Shown here: one piece after another, positions 19,752-28,507 of the stretch
Layout of the letters: each line of letters begins with the position of its first letter
How positions within the stretch are numbered: the stretch's first letter is position 1
Virus record (IMG/VR): IMGVR_UViG_3300014208_000032
Location: 9,116-73,115 of that record
Strand: one strand, 5' to 3'
Length of the DNA: 64,000 bases
Origin: a virus
Program-made: the position numbers and the translations under genes
Notes under the pieces: generated by a model
The model's input: the letters and a program-made list of their open reading frames with translations, nothing else
What the model was told of the DNA's origin: nothing
Database searches by the model: none

Positions 19752-20420
19752 CTATTCCTCTGTAATTGATATCAAACTAAATAAATCATTTCTATATGGG
19801 ATTATATCCGCCATAAAAACTTTTATTTCTTTTGCTTTAAATCCAAACGACTTCACAAAATTAAACATATCAGTTCTTGAAATGAATTTTTTATTTTTAC
19901 GAATATATTCTGCCATTAACCCAGAGATTTGTAGATAATCTCTTCTTTTTTGTTTTAAAAAGTTTTCATTAATAATACCAATGAAAGTTCTTTCAAAATC
20001 ATCAGCAAAATTATCAATATTATTTGTTGGTTTTGCAATTAACTCAATCTGCATATCAACATCAGCATGCCCTCTGTGTTTTTTTCTTCTATCTGTATAA
20101 TTTAGCAAGCTTCTTTTAACTATCCAAGAAAAATAATTAAATGCTGTTCCTTTTTCAATATCAAATTTTAAATAATTTGTATAACAAGCGTGAATTCCGT
20201 GTTGAACACAATCTTCATAAGGTTCAAAAATATAATAGCGATAAAGTTGAATAATTGCTTTTACAATTTTCATTATTTCGTCTGTAATTTTGTTCTCAAG
20301 TTTGTCATCTTTGGATATAATCTTTATTTTGTTTTTTTCACCTAGTATATACTGTGTTGTAGTTTGATATTCTTTTATTAGACCACGAACATAATCTTCA
20401 TCGAAATAATTTTTAGCCAT
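19752..20420 (-). CDS. phage late sigma factor, gp55-like
   Basis: Region-2-like EDCVQHGIHACYTNYLKFDIEKGTAFNYFSWIVKRSLLNY; N-terminal KNYF. Confidence 0.75.
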   Translation of the reverse strand: MAKNYFDEDYVRGLIKEYQTTTQYILGEKNKIKIISKDDKLENKITDEIMKIVKAIIQLYRYYIFEPYEDCVQHGIHACYTNYLKFDIEKGTAFNYFSWIVKRSLLNYTDRRKKHRGHADVDMQIELIAKPTNNIDNFADDFERTFIGIINENFLKQKRRDYLQISGLMAEYIRKNKKFISRTDMFNFVKSFGFKAKEIKVFMADIIPYRNDLFSLISITEE

Positions 20421-21076
20421 TACTCGTCCTTTTTCATTACAATTATATAGTCATTAATTGTGTCGGGATTAAATTGATCGGGAAGGTTTGAGCCATCTTT
20501 TCTCATAAGTAAAGACATATTGTCTGAACCAGATAATTTATTAATTTTAAACCCAATTGATTCATCTACTTTTGAACCATAATCAATCGTGCAAAGGATT
20601 TTATCTTCTGTTTTCAAGAAGTCAGAAATTTTCTGTCTTTCTGGGGAAAGAACGATTTTAAATATTGCAACAACTTCTTCTGGAAATGATTTCCCGCCAT
20701 TACTATTTGGTTTGTTAGAAATGGAAGAAAGTAGATCATCTAGTGAATGAATATTTTCGCTCTCATCTTTTGAAAAAGAAATAATCCCTTTCTCTTTAAA
20801 AGAGAAACTCTCATCCTCAAGAATTAGTTTTCTTTTTCCTTTTCTTTTTACACTTTCGGTTTTTAATACAGGTTGTGGAGTTGGTAATGCTGGAGTAGAT
20901 GTATTTTCTACTTCAACTTTATCATTTTTTTCTTCGTCAGAAGCAATATCTGTTCCAGTTCTAAGAATTTGACAAGAAACATCGTAAAAACATTTAAATC
21001 CGTCTTCTTTGTTTTTCTTTTGTGCTACAATTTCATCTTCAAATAATTCTTTAACTATATTGAGTATTTTAGACAT
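20420..21076 (-). CDS. hypothetical protein
   Basis: 218 aa, translationally coupled. Confidence 0.6.
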   Translation of the reverse strand: MSKILNIVKELFEDEIVAQKKNKEDGFKCFYDVSCQILRTGTDIASDEEKNDKVEVENTSTPALPTPQPVLKTESVKRKGKRKLILEDESFSFKEKGIISFSKDESENIHSLDDLLSSISNKPNSNGGKSFPEEVVAIFKIVLSPERQKISDFLKTEDKILCTIDYGSKVDESIGFKINKLSGSDNMSLLMRKDGSNLPDQFNPDTINDYIIVMKKDE

Positions 21077-21282
21077 TATATTTCTCCCTTAAAAATCTCA
21101 ACTAAATCAGAACTACTGTTTATAAAAAGAATAAATTCTTTTACTGAGTCAAAAACAAAGCCAGTTGTTGCAGGGTTTGCTTTTTCAAAAATCTCAACAC
21201 CATCACCCGTAAAGTCAATTTGAATTTCTTTTCCATTAATTGGAAATTCATATAAACTTTCTGTTATCTTTTTTAATTGCAT
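21076..21282 (-). CDS. hypothetical protein
   Basis: GGAG SD; coupled to next gene. Confidence 0.6.
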   Translation of the reverse strand: MQLKKITESLYEFPINGKEIQIDFTGDGVEIFEKANPATTGFVFDSVKEFILFINSSSDLVEIFKGEI

Positions 21283-21310
21283 ACATTCTCCATTACATTT
21301 ATTTATGACA

Positions 21311-21946
21311 TTAGATAGCCAACTGTTTTTTATTCCATTCTCTTATCTTTGATATGAAATCAATCTCTGTTGTTTTAGTAAAAATATTATTTTCTGGAGT
21401 AGTGGTTCCGACAGACATTAAAATATTATATGTTTCAGTTTCTTTTTTTGTTTTTGCTTTCATTTTATAATCTTTCATTATCATTGAAACATCAACATCT
21501 TTATAAATTGTTTTTTTATCACATTCTTTTTTAAGAAGAATATAATTTCTTTCTATCCAAATTATAATTGTTTTTCTTACTCTCTTTGTTATTCCGTGAT
21601 CTTTTTTGATATGGTAATAAAATTCAAGAAGGTTTTTTATAGAAGAAATTATTTTTGGAAACATTTCATAAAACACTTTCTTTGACGGAACATTATTAGA
21701 GGAAAGAACAGATAATGTAATGAGTGATGGAAGATTTGTTTTGTTTTCTTTTAAGGAATCGAATAAAAATTGCCTTATTCTATCTGGATACATCGAACAG
21801 ACGGAATAAAGCAATCTTTTATTAATATGTTGAAATCCGCTTTTAGTGGAATCCAAATTACCATTTATTATCCAATTCCTAACCTTATTTAATGTCAGGT
21901 CAGGAACGGATCTTTCTTTGAATTTTCTTCTTAGTATTTTAACCAA
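21311..21946 (-). CDS. hypothetical protein, weak TROVE-like helical pattern
   Basis: TTG start after GGAG; FPKII..LLEF..GITKRVRKTIIIW loosely resembles TROVE. Confidence 0.4.
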   Translation of the reverse strand: MVKILRRKFKERSVPDLTLNKVRNWIINGNLDSTKSGFQHINKRLLYSVCSMYPDRIRQFLFDSLKENKTNLPSLITLSVLSSNNVPSKKVFYEMFPKIISSIKNLLEFYYHIKKDHGITKRVRKTIIIWIERNYILLKKECDKKTIYKDVDVSMIMKDYKMKAKTKKETETYNILMSVGTTTPENNIFTKTTEIDFISKIREWNKKQLAI

Positions 21947-21948
21947 TA

Positions 21949-23628
21949 TTAAACTCCAATTTTTTTGTTAAGTTCCTCTATTACTTTTCTTACTTCTACT
22001 TCATTTACGCCTTTAAGAGAACCTTCTCCTTGAAGTTTAAATGCACCAGTTGAATCTTTCATTTTAGTGCTTATTCTTGAAAGATATTTACCTAATTTTG
22101 ATCCTATTTCTTTTCTCATTTCTTTTTTCTTGTCTTCGTCTTTGACTCTATTCACTCTTGCCATTAGTTTATCAAAAGCATCACTAACAATTTGTCTAAT
22201 TCTTTGCATTTCTTTTTGTTCTGGGTTTACTTCGCCTTTTTTTAAGTCAGTAAGGAGTTCGTTTGGTGTTTTTGGAATTGCTTTATGTTTTTTGATAATA
22301 TCAGCCATTTCACTTTTAGAAAGAGGGGTTTCTTTTTCCTCATCCTTATTTAATAACCCTGCTTTTCTGTCTTTTAATTGTTTATTTTTTTCTTCCATAT
22401 CTCTAGTGTTTTTTGCTTGCAAATCTAAGAGTTTTCCAACAGAAGTTTTTCTCAAAGTTTTCTCTTGTTTTATAAAATTGTCAATAAGAAAATCAAGTTT
22501 TTTTGCCACAGAAATAATATCTTCTTTTTTCTTAATCGTAGGGAGGTCAATAATTCTTTGTGTATTATCTCCTGCTTTTGTTGATATATTTTTTGCTTCT
22601 TTTTTAGAGGCAACGATATCCATCCCTTTTTCTGTAAAAGCATCAACTGTTTCATTATATTTCTCTAAAAAATCATAAACTGGTTTTAAGTGTTTAATTA
22701 TATTTTCTAGTCCAACATATTTAACTTCTAAATCAATTATTCCAGTAGGGGTTTTTGTTGATATTTTACCTCTTGTTAGTGGTTCTATTAATTCTTTTAA
22801 CTCTTCTAATTTTGCTTCTCTTTTTATGCTGTCTTCTTTTTCTGTTGAATTAAAATCAATATTTGATATATCTACTTTTTTTATTAATATGTTATCTTTG
22901 TTTACACCTTGGGTTGATTTAGATTGTTTTTTGAAACTGGAAACATTTTTAAAATCAGCCATAATTTCATCATAATCTTTAACTACATCTTTTGAAACTT
23001 TTGCTAAAAATTTAAACAATCTAATTTTTTCTTCTGTTCCTAAAACTCTTCTTGCTTTTTGAAAATCTTCTACTGATTTTGCTAGTTCTTTTTCTTTTTC
23101 ACTATTTGCTGTCTTCAAAAGATCATCAACAACTTCTCCATAGTTTGTTAAAAATTCTCTAACTTTTGCTAGATCGCTATTTTCAAAGGATGTTTTTCCA
23201 GAGATTTCATTTAAATCATCAGATAATTTCTTTCTAAAATTATATTCTTCTTCTGCTGATTTTTCTGTTCTTCCTGTTTCGTGTTTCCCTTTTTGTTGAA
23301 GAACACTTTCTCCTTGTCCTCCGACAGCAACAACTTTTACTTTATCTTCTTTGGTTGCTTCCCCTGCATATTTTTTTACAAGTTCTTCGTTTCCACTTAA
23401 TCCAAGTTCTGAGATTCCAGATAAAAACGGAGATGTTAAACTACCATTAGTGTTATACATTCTAACGGATTTTCTTTTAGCAAAATCAACAACGAACTTT
23501 ATTTTTTCTTCTTTCCCTTCTATTTTAGAAAGATCAATTTCGCTATACCATTTTCCCTTGCCGATTGCTTTGCCGTAAGCAGCACCACCAACAGCCATCT
23601 CATTTAAAAATTCTTTAAAACTTTTCAT
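21949..23628 (-). CDS. large helical protein with T4-type capsid targeting sequence
   Basis: N-terminus MKSFKEFLNE (cf. T4 internal proteins MKTYQEFIAE). Confidence 0.65.
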   Translation of the reverse strand: MKSFKEFLNEMAVGGAAYGKAIGKGKWYSEIDLSKIEGKEEKIKFVVDFAKRKSVRMYNTNGSLTSPFLSGISELGLSGNEELVKKYAGEATKEDKVKVVAVGGQGESVLQQKGKHETGRTEKSAEEEYNFRKKLSDDLNEISGKTSFENSDLAKVREFLTNYGEVVDDLLKTANSEKEKELAKSVEDFQKARRVLGTEEKIRLFKFLAKVSKDVVKDYDEIMADFKNVSSFKKQSKSTQGVNKDNILIKKVDISNIDFNSTEKEDSIKREAKLEELKELIEPLTRGKISTKTPTGIIDLEVKYVGLENIIKHLKPVYDFLEKYNETVDAFTEKGMDIVASKKEAKNISTKAGDNTQRIIDLPTIKKKEDIISVAKKLDFLIDNFIKQEKTLRKTSVGKLLDLQAKNTRDMEEKNKQLKDRKAGLLNKDEEKETPLSKSEMADIIKKHKAIPKTPNELLTDLKKGEVNPEQKEMQRIRQIVSDAFDKLMARVNRVKDEDKKKEMRKEIGSKLGKYLSRISTKMKDSTGAFKLQGEGSLKGVNEVEVRKVIEELNKKIGV

Positions 23629-24284
23629 TATCTATTTTCCCTATTGGCGTCAACAGTTTTAAAAACTTTTCCTGCTGGAACTTTTATTTTACTAGCATTA
23701 GCTAAATGCTCTTGGCTATCATCAACAAATTTTACTACTTTGTATTTGCTTAAAAACTTTTCAAGTTGTGGATTTTTATTATAACCTTTATAAATACCTT
23801 CGGCTCTTTTTTTCTCGTCATTGATTGCGTGAATGTTTGCTGGATTAAGTTTGGGAACCATAACTAATTTATCCCCTACTTTTGCTCTCAGCCAATCTCT
23901 AATGGCTTGTTTAACGGAATCTTCTACACCTCTGGCGGTTATTATGCCAACATGCCATCCTGCCTTTACGTGCCTATCCAACATCTTTAAAACAGGAAGC
24001 TTCCCTTTCCCGTAAACAATACTGGTATAAATTTTATCCGGATCTCGAAATTCTCTAAAATCCCAAGTTTCACCGTTTTTAGTTGATAGTTTCTTTTGTT
24101 CTTTTGTCATTCCATCATATTGTTCTGGGGTTAATTTGTTAATATCTTTTTTGCCTGTTGGATCTTTTAAATAGATAAAAATATCCTTTGCTGTCAGCAA
24201 AGTATTATCAATATCAAAAACAATAATTTTATCATTAGTTCTTTTGTCTTGAAGTTCTTCGTTTAATAAATCTTTAATTGTCAT
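23628..24284 (-). CDS. HAD-superfamily phosphatase with capsid-targeting-like N-terminus
   Basis: FDIDNTL, IITAR, K, FVDD motifs; MTIKDLLNE. Confidence 0.8.
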   Translation of the reverse strand: MTIKDLLNEELQDKRTNDKIIVFDIDNTLLTAKDIFIYLKDPTGKKDINKLTPEQYDGMTKEQKKLSTKNGETWDFREFRDPDKIYTSIVYGKGKLPVLKMLDRHVKAGWHVGIITARGVEDSVKQAIRDWLRAKVGDKLVMVPKLNPANIHAINDEKKRAEGIYKGYNKNPQLEKFLSKYKVVKFVDDSQEHLANASKIKVPAGKVFKTVDANRENR

Positions 24285-24326
24285 TTAATTTCCTCGTTTG
24301 AATTATCTTGACAATTAGTAAATAAA

Positions 24327-24348
24327 AAACCCACAATTAAGTGGGTTT
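24327..24348 (-). terminator. intrinsic terminator
   Basis: AAACCCAC/GTGGGTTT stem. Confidence 0.65.
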
Positions 24349-24354
24349 GATTTT

Positions 24355-24726
24355 TTATTCTTCCATAAAAGGTTTAAGCAACATTACATCTCGAACCGTA
24401 AATCCCGATTCTAAAGCTTCTATTTCAATTTTGTATTGAAACACATTATCCTTAGTAAGTAAATCTGCTAAATCATTATTAAATTCTTTAACAAGTTCTT
24501 GTTTAACTCTAATATTCCCATCTTCGCCGGTTTCTCCGTATTTTTTAATAAGATCGACGCGAACTTTATCAATCAACCTATATTCGTCTGTTGTTTCAAG
24601 AACAAATCTTGCCAAAGAAAGCAACACAGAACCACGAACATTTTCAATTGCTTCAATTTTTGAAATAATTGAATCTCCATCTTCGTTTGGTTGAAACAAA
24701 TTCCAAATATCAACATTTTTAACCAT
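24355..24726 (-). CDS. DUF1617-like phage protein
   Basis: RVDLIKKYGETGEDG..EFNNDLADLL pattern; AGGAG SD. Confidence 0.5.
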   Translation of the reverse strand: MVKNVDIWNLFQPNEDGDSIISKIEAIENVRGSVLLSLARFVLETTDEYRLIDKVRVDLIKKYGETGEDGNIRVKQELVKEFNNDLADLLTKDNVFQYKIEIEALESGFTVRDVMLLKPFMEE

Positions 24727-24796
24727 ATTTTCTCCTATAATATATAATTATGATTTAAGACGTTAAGATAATTTATATTAGCAGGAGAAATAAAAA

Positions 24797-25333
24797 ATGG
24801 ATTTTAAAGAAAAAGTTTTGGAATTACTTGAAGGAATTGTTAATCCAGATTTAAACAAAGTTTATGGTGGCAAGAAAACTGGAGCTGCTTATGTGAACAA
24901 ACAAGGAACAAGAATTTCTCTTGGTGCGGATGTTCCAAAAGATATTGTTCTTTGGATTAGAAAAAAAAATAAAGATGGCGTTCCTGTTGGAACAATTACT
25001 AATCAATTAAAAATCCACATTGAAAGATGGTTAACCAATCCTAAAAACAAAGAAGTATTAGCAAAGAAATATCAAGAACTTGTTGGTAAAGATTTTCTCA
25101 CACAAGAAGAGGCACTAAGAAAACCTGGTGGAATAGCTTCTGAACTTATTGAAATTGTTTTAAAAGGAAGAACCACAAAAGAAGGAGTTGCTGCGAAAGC
25201 AAAACAACAACCAATAACTAAGGTTTTTAATAAAGAAAAAGATTTTGAAGAAAGAGTTAAAAGACAGATGATTAAAAATCCAAAATTATCAGAAAAACAA
25301 ATTCGCTCTTCTTTGGGAAGGATTTTTAAATGA
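24797..25333 (+). CDS. hypothetical protein with capsid-targeting-like N-terminus
   Basis: MDFKEKVLELLE; AGGAG SD; motif upstream. Confidence 0.6.
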   Translation: MDFKEKVLELLEGIVNPDLNKVYGGKKTGAAYVNKQGTRISLGADVPKDIVLWIRKKNKDGVPVGTITNQLKIHIERWLTNPKNKEVLAKKYQELVGKDFLTQEEALRKPGGIASELIEIVLKGRTTKEGVAAKAKQQPITKVFNKEKDFEERVKRQMIKNPKLSEKQIRSSLGRIFK

Positions 25334-25683
25334 AAGGATTTATGGAAAAAAATAGAACAAAGATTATTGTCATTGTTGCTGTTTTGATTCTTGCAGCATC
25401 TGGAATCTGGGGATATAATTCTTATACCAACAATGGTTTGTTCGAAAAGTTTTGGAAATTCAACAAACAAACCACACAACAAAACGAACTTGTTTTGCAA
25501 AATTTCCCCAAAAAAATCTCTGACCCGTTTGTTGATGGAATTTCTCCAAAACAGTTGGAAACTGTAGACACTATCTTTGATTTAGTTTTCAAATATATAG
25601 ATAAGATATTATCATCATTAGCAACACTATTCGGCTTATTTGTTCTTTATAAAGAAATTAAAAAAGGAAAAAGGAAAACATAA
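25330..25683 (+). CDS. holin candidate (2 TM helices, basic tail)
   Basis: IIVIVAVLILAASGIW and ILSSLATLFGLFVLY, then KKGKRK; precedes putative lysin. Confidence 0.45.
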   Translation: MKGFMEKNRTKIIVIVAVLILAASGIWGYNSYTNNGLFEKFWKFNKQTTQQNELVLQNFPKKISDPFVDGISPKQLETVDTIFDLVFKYIDKILSSLATLFGLFVLYKEIKKGKRKT

Positions 25684-25684
25684 A

Positions 25685-26179
25685 ATGACAAGACAAAAAA
25701 ACTCAAAACTATATCCAGTTATTCAAAAAGAGGGCTGTTATATGCTATCTGGAATGAGAAAAGTTCAACTAATTACGGGAGATAAATTTGATTTTGATAA
25801 TCCAGAATTTGTTAATAAAACTTATGACGAACTATTAAAAAAAGAAATTATTAATTCAAGATGTTTAATGCAATCTCCTACTAAATTTTTTGAATATTTT
25901 AATTTAGATATTAGACAAAGAGTAAGGGCAGACGGAGTAGTTTTTGAATCTACCTATATTCCTTTTGAAAATGAATTTGAAGTTCTTTGTTTTAAAACAA
26001 GTGTTCTTCTTGGAAATTACACGCATTTTGTTCTTGGTAATGGGAAAGGTGGAATAGAGTTTGATCCAATGGGAGAAAGTGATGCTAAACCTTTTGGTTA
26101 TGTTTGTAACAAAGGAAAATTAAGTTCTAAAAGAATATTTAGTGTATTAAAATTTGGATCTGAGAAAAAGGAAATTTAA
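25685..26179 (+). CDS. DUF261-like / C39-like cysteine peptidase, candidate endolysin
   Basis: IQKEGCY...THFV...FDPMG (Q, C, H, D arrangement); ATG at 25685. Confidence 0.6.
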   Translation: MTRQKNSKLYPVIQKEGCYMLSGMRKVQLITGDKFDFDNPEFVNKTYDELLKKEIINSRCLMQSPTKFFEYFNLDIRQRVRADGVVFESTYIPFENEFEVLCFKTSVLLGNYTHFVLGNGKGGIEFDPMGESDAKPFGYVCNKGKLSSKRIFSVLKFGSEKKEI

Positions 26180-26778
26180 TGTGGAAGAAAATTCTATATT
26201 TGCCAAAATTAAAAAAAATATTATTTTTATCTTTGTTGTTGTTATTCTTACAATCACAATCGTTGTCGCAGGATATTATTCTATTACAAACGGTTCCAAC
26301 GGAAAAATTGATACCCTTAGTGCTTCAATATCAACAGATAGCAAAAGACTTGAAGAGTCAATCAGACGATTTGAAGAAACAACTGGACGAATTAATAAAC
26401 AACTCACAGATATCGGAGCAGAAATTTCAGGAATTAAATCAGAGATATCAAAACTTGGAGTCCAGACGAGCAATATTAGAGAAACAGTCAGAGGATTTGG
26501 TAAAACTTTCGGAGAATTTGGCAATGAACTCAATAGGTTTGGAAACTCATTATCAGATATTAAGTCAAGAGTTTCAGGTATTCAATCAGGACTTTCAAAC
26601 ATTCAAACAGGACTTGATGACTTTGATGTCGCAAATAAAAAATTTAGTGATATTATCAACGGAAATTAACAACCAGAATAAATTTTTAACAAACGCTGTC
26701 GTTATTGGTGGCAGCGTTGTTGGTGGCTTAGTAGCTGTAGATGTTATTATAAATATACTACTGCTTTTAAAAAAGTAA
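26179..26778 (+). CDS. secreted coiled-coil protein with C-terminal hydrophobic helix (o-spanin-like role)
   Basis: Signal peptide KKILFLSLLLLFLQSQSLS, heptad repeats, C-terminal AVVIGGSVVGGLVAVDVIINILLLL. Confidence 0.65.
   Translation: MWKKILYLPKLKKILFLSLLLLFLQSQSLSQDIILLQTVPTEKLIPLVLQYQQIAKDLKSQSDDLKKQLDELINNSQISEQKFQELNQRYQNLESRRAILEKQSEDLVKLSENLAMNSIGLETHYQILSQEFQVFNQDFQTFKQDLMTLMSQIKNLVILSTEINNQNKFLTNAVVIGGSVVGGLVAVDVIINILLLLKK
26181..26669 (+). CDS. N-anchored coiled-coil membrane protein (i-spanin-like), overlapping in another frame
   Basis: GTG start at 26181; TM IIFIFVVVILTITIVVAGYY; long heptad pattern. Confidence 0.65.
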   Translation: MEENSIFAKIKKNIIFIFVVVILTITIVVAGYYSITNGSNGKIDTLSASISTDSKRLEESIRRFEETTGRINKQLTDIGAEISGIKSEISKLGVQTSNIRETVRGFGKTFGEFGNELNRFGNSLSDIKSRVSGIQSGLSNIQTGLDDFDVANKKFSDIINGN

Positions 26779-26795
26779 TTCTTTTAATTGTAAAT

Positions 26796-26823
26796 AACCT
26801 AAGTACTCTTTTGTATTTAGGTT
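26796..26823 (+). terminator. intrinsic terminator of lysis-like cassette
   Basis: AACCTAAGTAC/GTATTTAGGTT stem followed by T run. Confidence 0.55.
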
Positions 26824-26853
26824 TTATTTTAGGTAATCTCGTGTAAATTGGCA

Positions 26854-27195
26854 CTAAATCCTCCCGTAATCATCTTCTAATTTAAGAGTATCCTCCTTTT
26901 CTAAATTTCCTTTTTGAATTTCTAATATTATTAAACTATTGTCTTTATCTGGATTATAAATTCTATGTAAATTATTTTTAATAATATTTATTATATCTTC
27001 TTCACAAAAAATATCTATTTTGTCATCTATTTCATATACGGCAGTTCCGTTTAATATATAATTTTTTTCATCTTTAAGGTTGTGTAAATGTAAACTTGTT
27101 CTTTGTTTTGGGTTAATTGTAGTTAAAGATACTTTCTTTTCTTTTGATGAGAATAATATTATTTTTTCACCCCAAGGTTTTTCTATCTTTTCCAT
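26854..27195 (-). CDS. cupin, mannose-6-phosphate isomerase type II C-terminal-like
   Basis: EKPWG, TSLHLHNLKDE, HRIYN, LEIQ, EDDYGR. Confidence 0.8.
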   Translation of the reverse strand: MEKIEKPWGEKIILFSSKEKKVSLTTINPKQRTSLHLHNLKDEKNYILNGTAVYEIDDKIDIFCEEDIINIIKNNLHRIYNPDKDNSLIILEIQKGNLEKEDTLKLEDDYGRI

Positions 27196-27196
27196 A

Positions 27197-27233
27197 ATAG
27201 TATTATCTTTTCAAGCTGCCAAGATAATACTAT
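27197..27233. promoter_or_regulatory. back-to-back pair of putative late promoters (13-bp inverted repeat)
   Basis: ATAGTATTATCTT-N11-AAGATAATACTAT between divergent genes. Confidence 0.6.
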
Positions 27234-27264
27234 GAGATGAAAAACTCAAAAAGGAATAAAAAAA

Positions 27265-27726
27265 ATGGCAACACTAAGAGAAATTTTTGAAGAGACATTA
27301 AACGAAGAACTTGGATCTAAAAACGGAAAAATGAGATTGGCAGACAGAGATGCTTTTTCAGAACTAGTAGGTAATTTAAACCCAAAAACAAAATCAAGTT
27401 TGTTGTCTACTATTGCAAACGGAACAAATGATCAAATTTTTGCAGCACTAAAAGCTGCGTCTACTGGTATGCCTTATAATAAAAGGATTGATGAAATCAA
27501 AGAAGCTGGTGATTTTGATAAATTTATCAACTCCATCAAAGGAATGAAAACAACTGAATCAAAAGTTGTTGTTTCTTATGACAGAAACAAATCATCTACA
27601 TTTAGAAAAAACTTAAAAGATACCAGAAACCAATTTGCCGATAAAGTTGCCACTGATGCAGAAAAACGCCCTGCTTTTTCAAAAAAAACAGACCTTGCAA
27701 ATAAAATAAAGGGTGATTGTAAATAA
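27265..27726 (+). CDS. hypothetical protein with capsid-targeting-like N-terminus
   Basis: MATLREIFEETLNE. Confidence 0.6.
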   Translation: MATLREIFEETLNEELGSKNGKMRLADRDAFSELVGNLNPKTKSSLLSTIANGTNDQIFAALKAASTGMPYNKRIDEIKEAGDFDKFINSIKGMKTTESKVVVSYDRNKSSTFRKNLKDTRNQFADKVATDAEKRPAFSKKTDLANKIKGDCK

Positions 27727-27727
27727 A

Positions 27728-28507
27728 ATGAAAAAATTATTGTTAATACTATTAACATTATTTTTTTCTTGCACTAGTAATGTTAAAGACGAAAAAACTA
27801 TAACATTTGTTATTAACCCTTGGTTTCCGTATGAACTATGGAACGAAGAGGATAAAAAAATAGAAGGTGCAACTGGAGAATATGTTGATTTAGTTTTTAG
27901 AGAACTTGGATATAAAACAGAATTTATTGTTGAGCCAAAATTTGATAGAGCTCTTTATATGGTATCAGTTGGAGAGGTTGATGCAGTTTATACTTTATTA
28001 AAAACAGAAGAGAGGACAAAAACAATGTTGTTTTCTACTTCTATAATTACTCCCTATGAATCAATGTTTTATATTAACAAAACAAAACATCCAAACTTAG
28101 TTAACGCAGATATTTATTCCACGAAAGAACAACTTATATTTGGTTCTCTAACTGGGGAAACAGAAACAGCTATTACTGTAAATTCTAACCCTAATTTTAC
28201 ATTCATCAGAACGTTTGAAAAATATCAGGATTTAATGTATTCATTGGATGCAAATATAATCAATATTGCTTTTATGGAAAAGTATAATGGAATTTATGAA
28301 TATAATCAATATAAAAAAAATAACACCTTGTCAACATTTGAACTATCCAGCACTAATAATACCTCTAGACAAGATTTAAAAATAGCTTTTACAAAAAATG
28401 ATCGAGGAGAAAGATTTCAGAAAGATTTTGATTTAAAAAACTTAGAGTTAAAAAAAACAAACATTCTTGAAAAATTATTTGAAAAATATGTAGGAAAATT
28501 AAATTGA
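27728..28507 (+). CDS. lipoprotein, extracellular solute-binding protein family 3
   Basis: Lipobox MKKLLLILLTLFFS|C; PWFPY..EG..VDLV..LGY..FDRAL..GEVD..ER; ATG 27728. Confidence 0.8.
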   Translation: MKKLLLILLTLFFSCTSNVKDEKTITFVINPWFPYELWNEEDKKIEGATGEYVDLVFRELGYKTEFIVEPKFDRALYMVSVGEVDAVYTLLKTEERTKTMLFSTSIITPYESMFYINKTKHPNLVNADIYSTKEQLIFGSLTGETETAITVNSNPNFTFIRTFEKYQDLMYSLDANIINIAFMEKYNGIYEYNQYKKNNTLSTFELSSTNNTSRQDLKIAFTKNDRGERFQKDFDLKNLELKKTNILEKLFEKYVGKLN

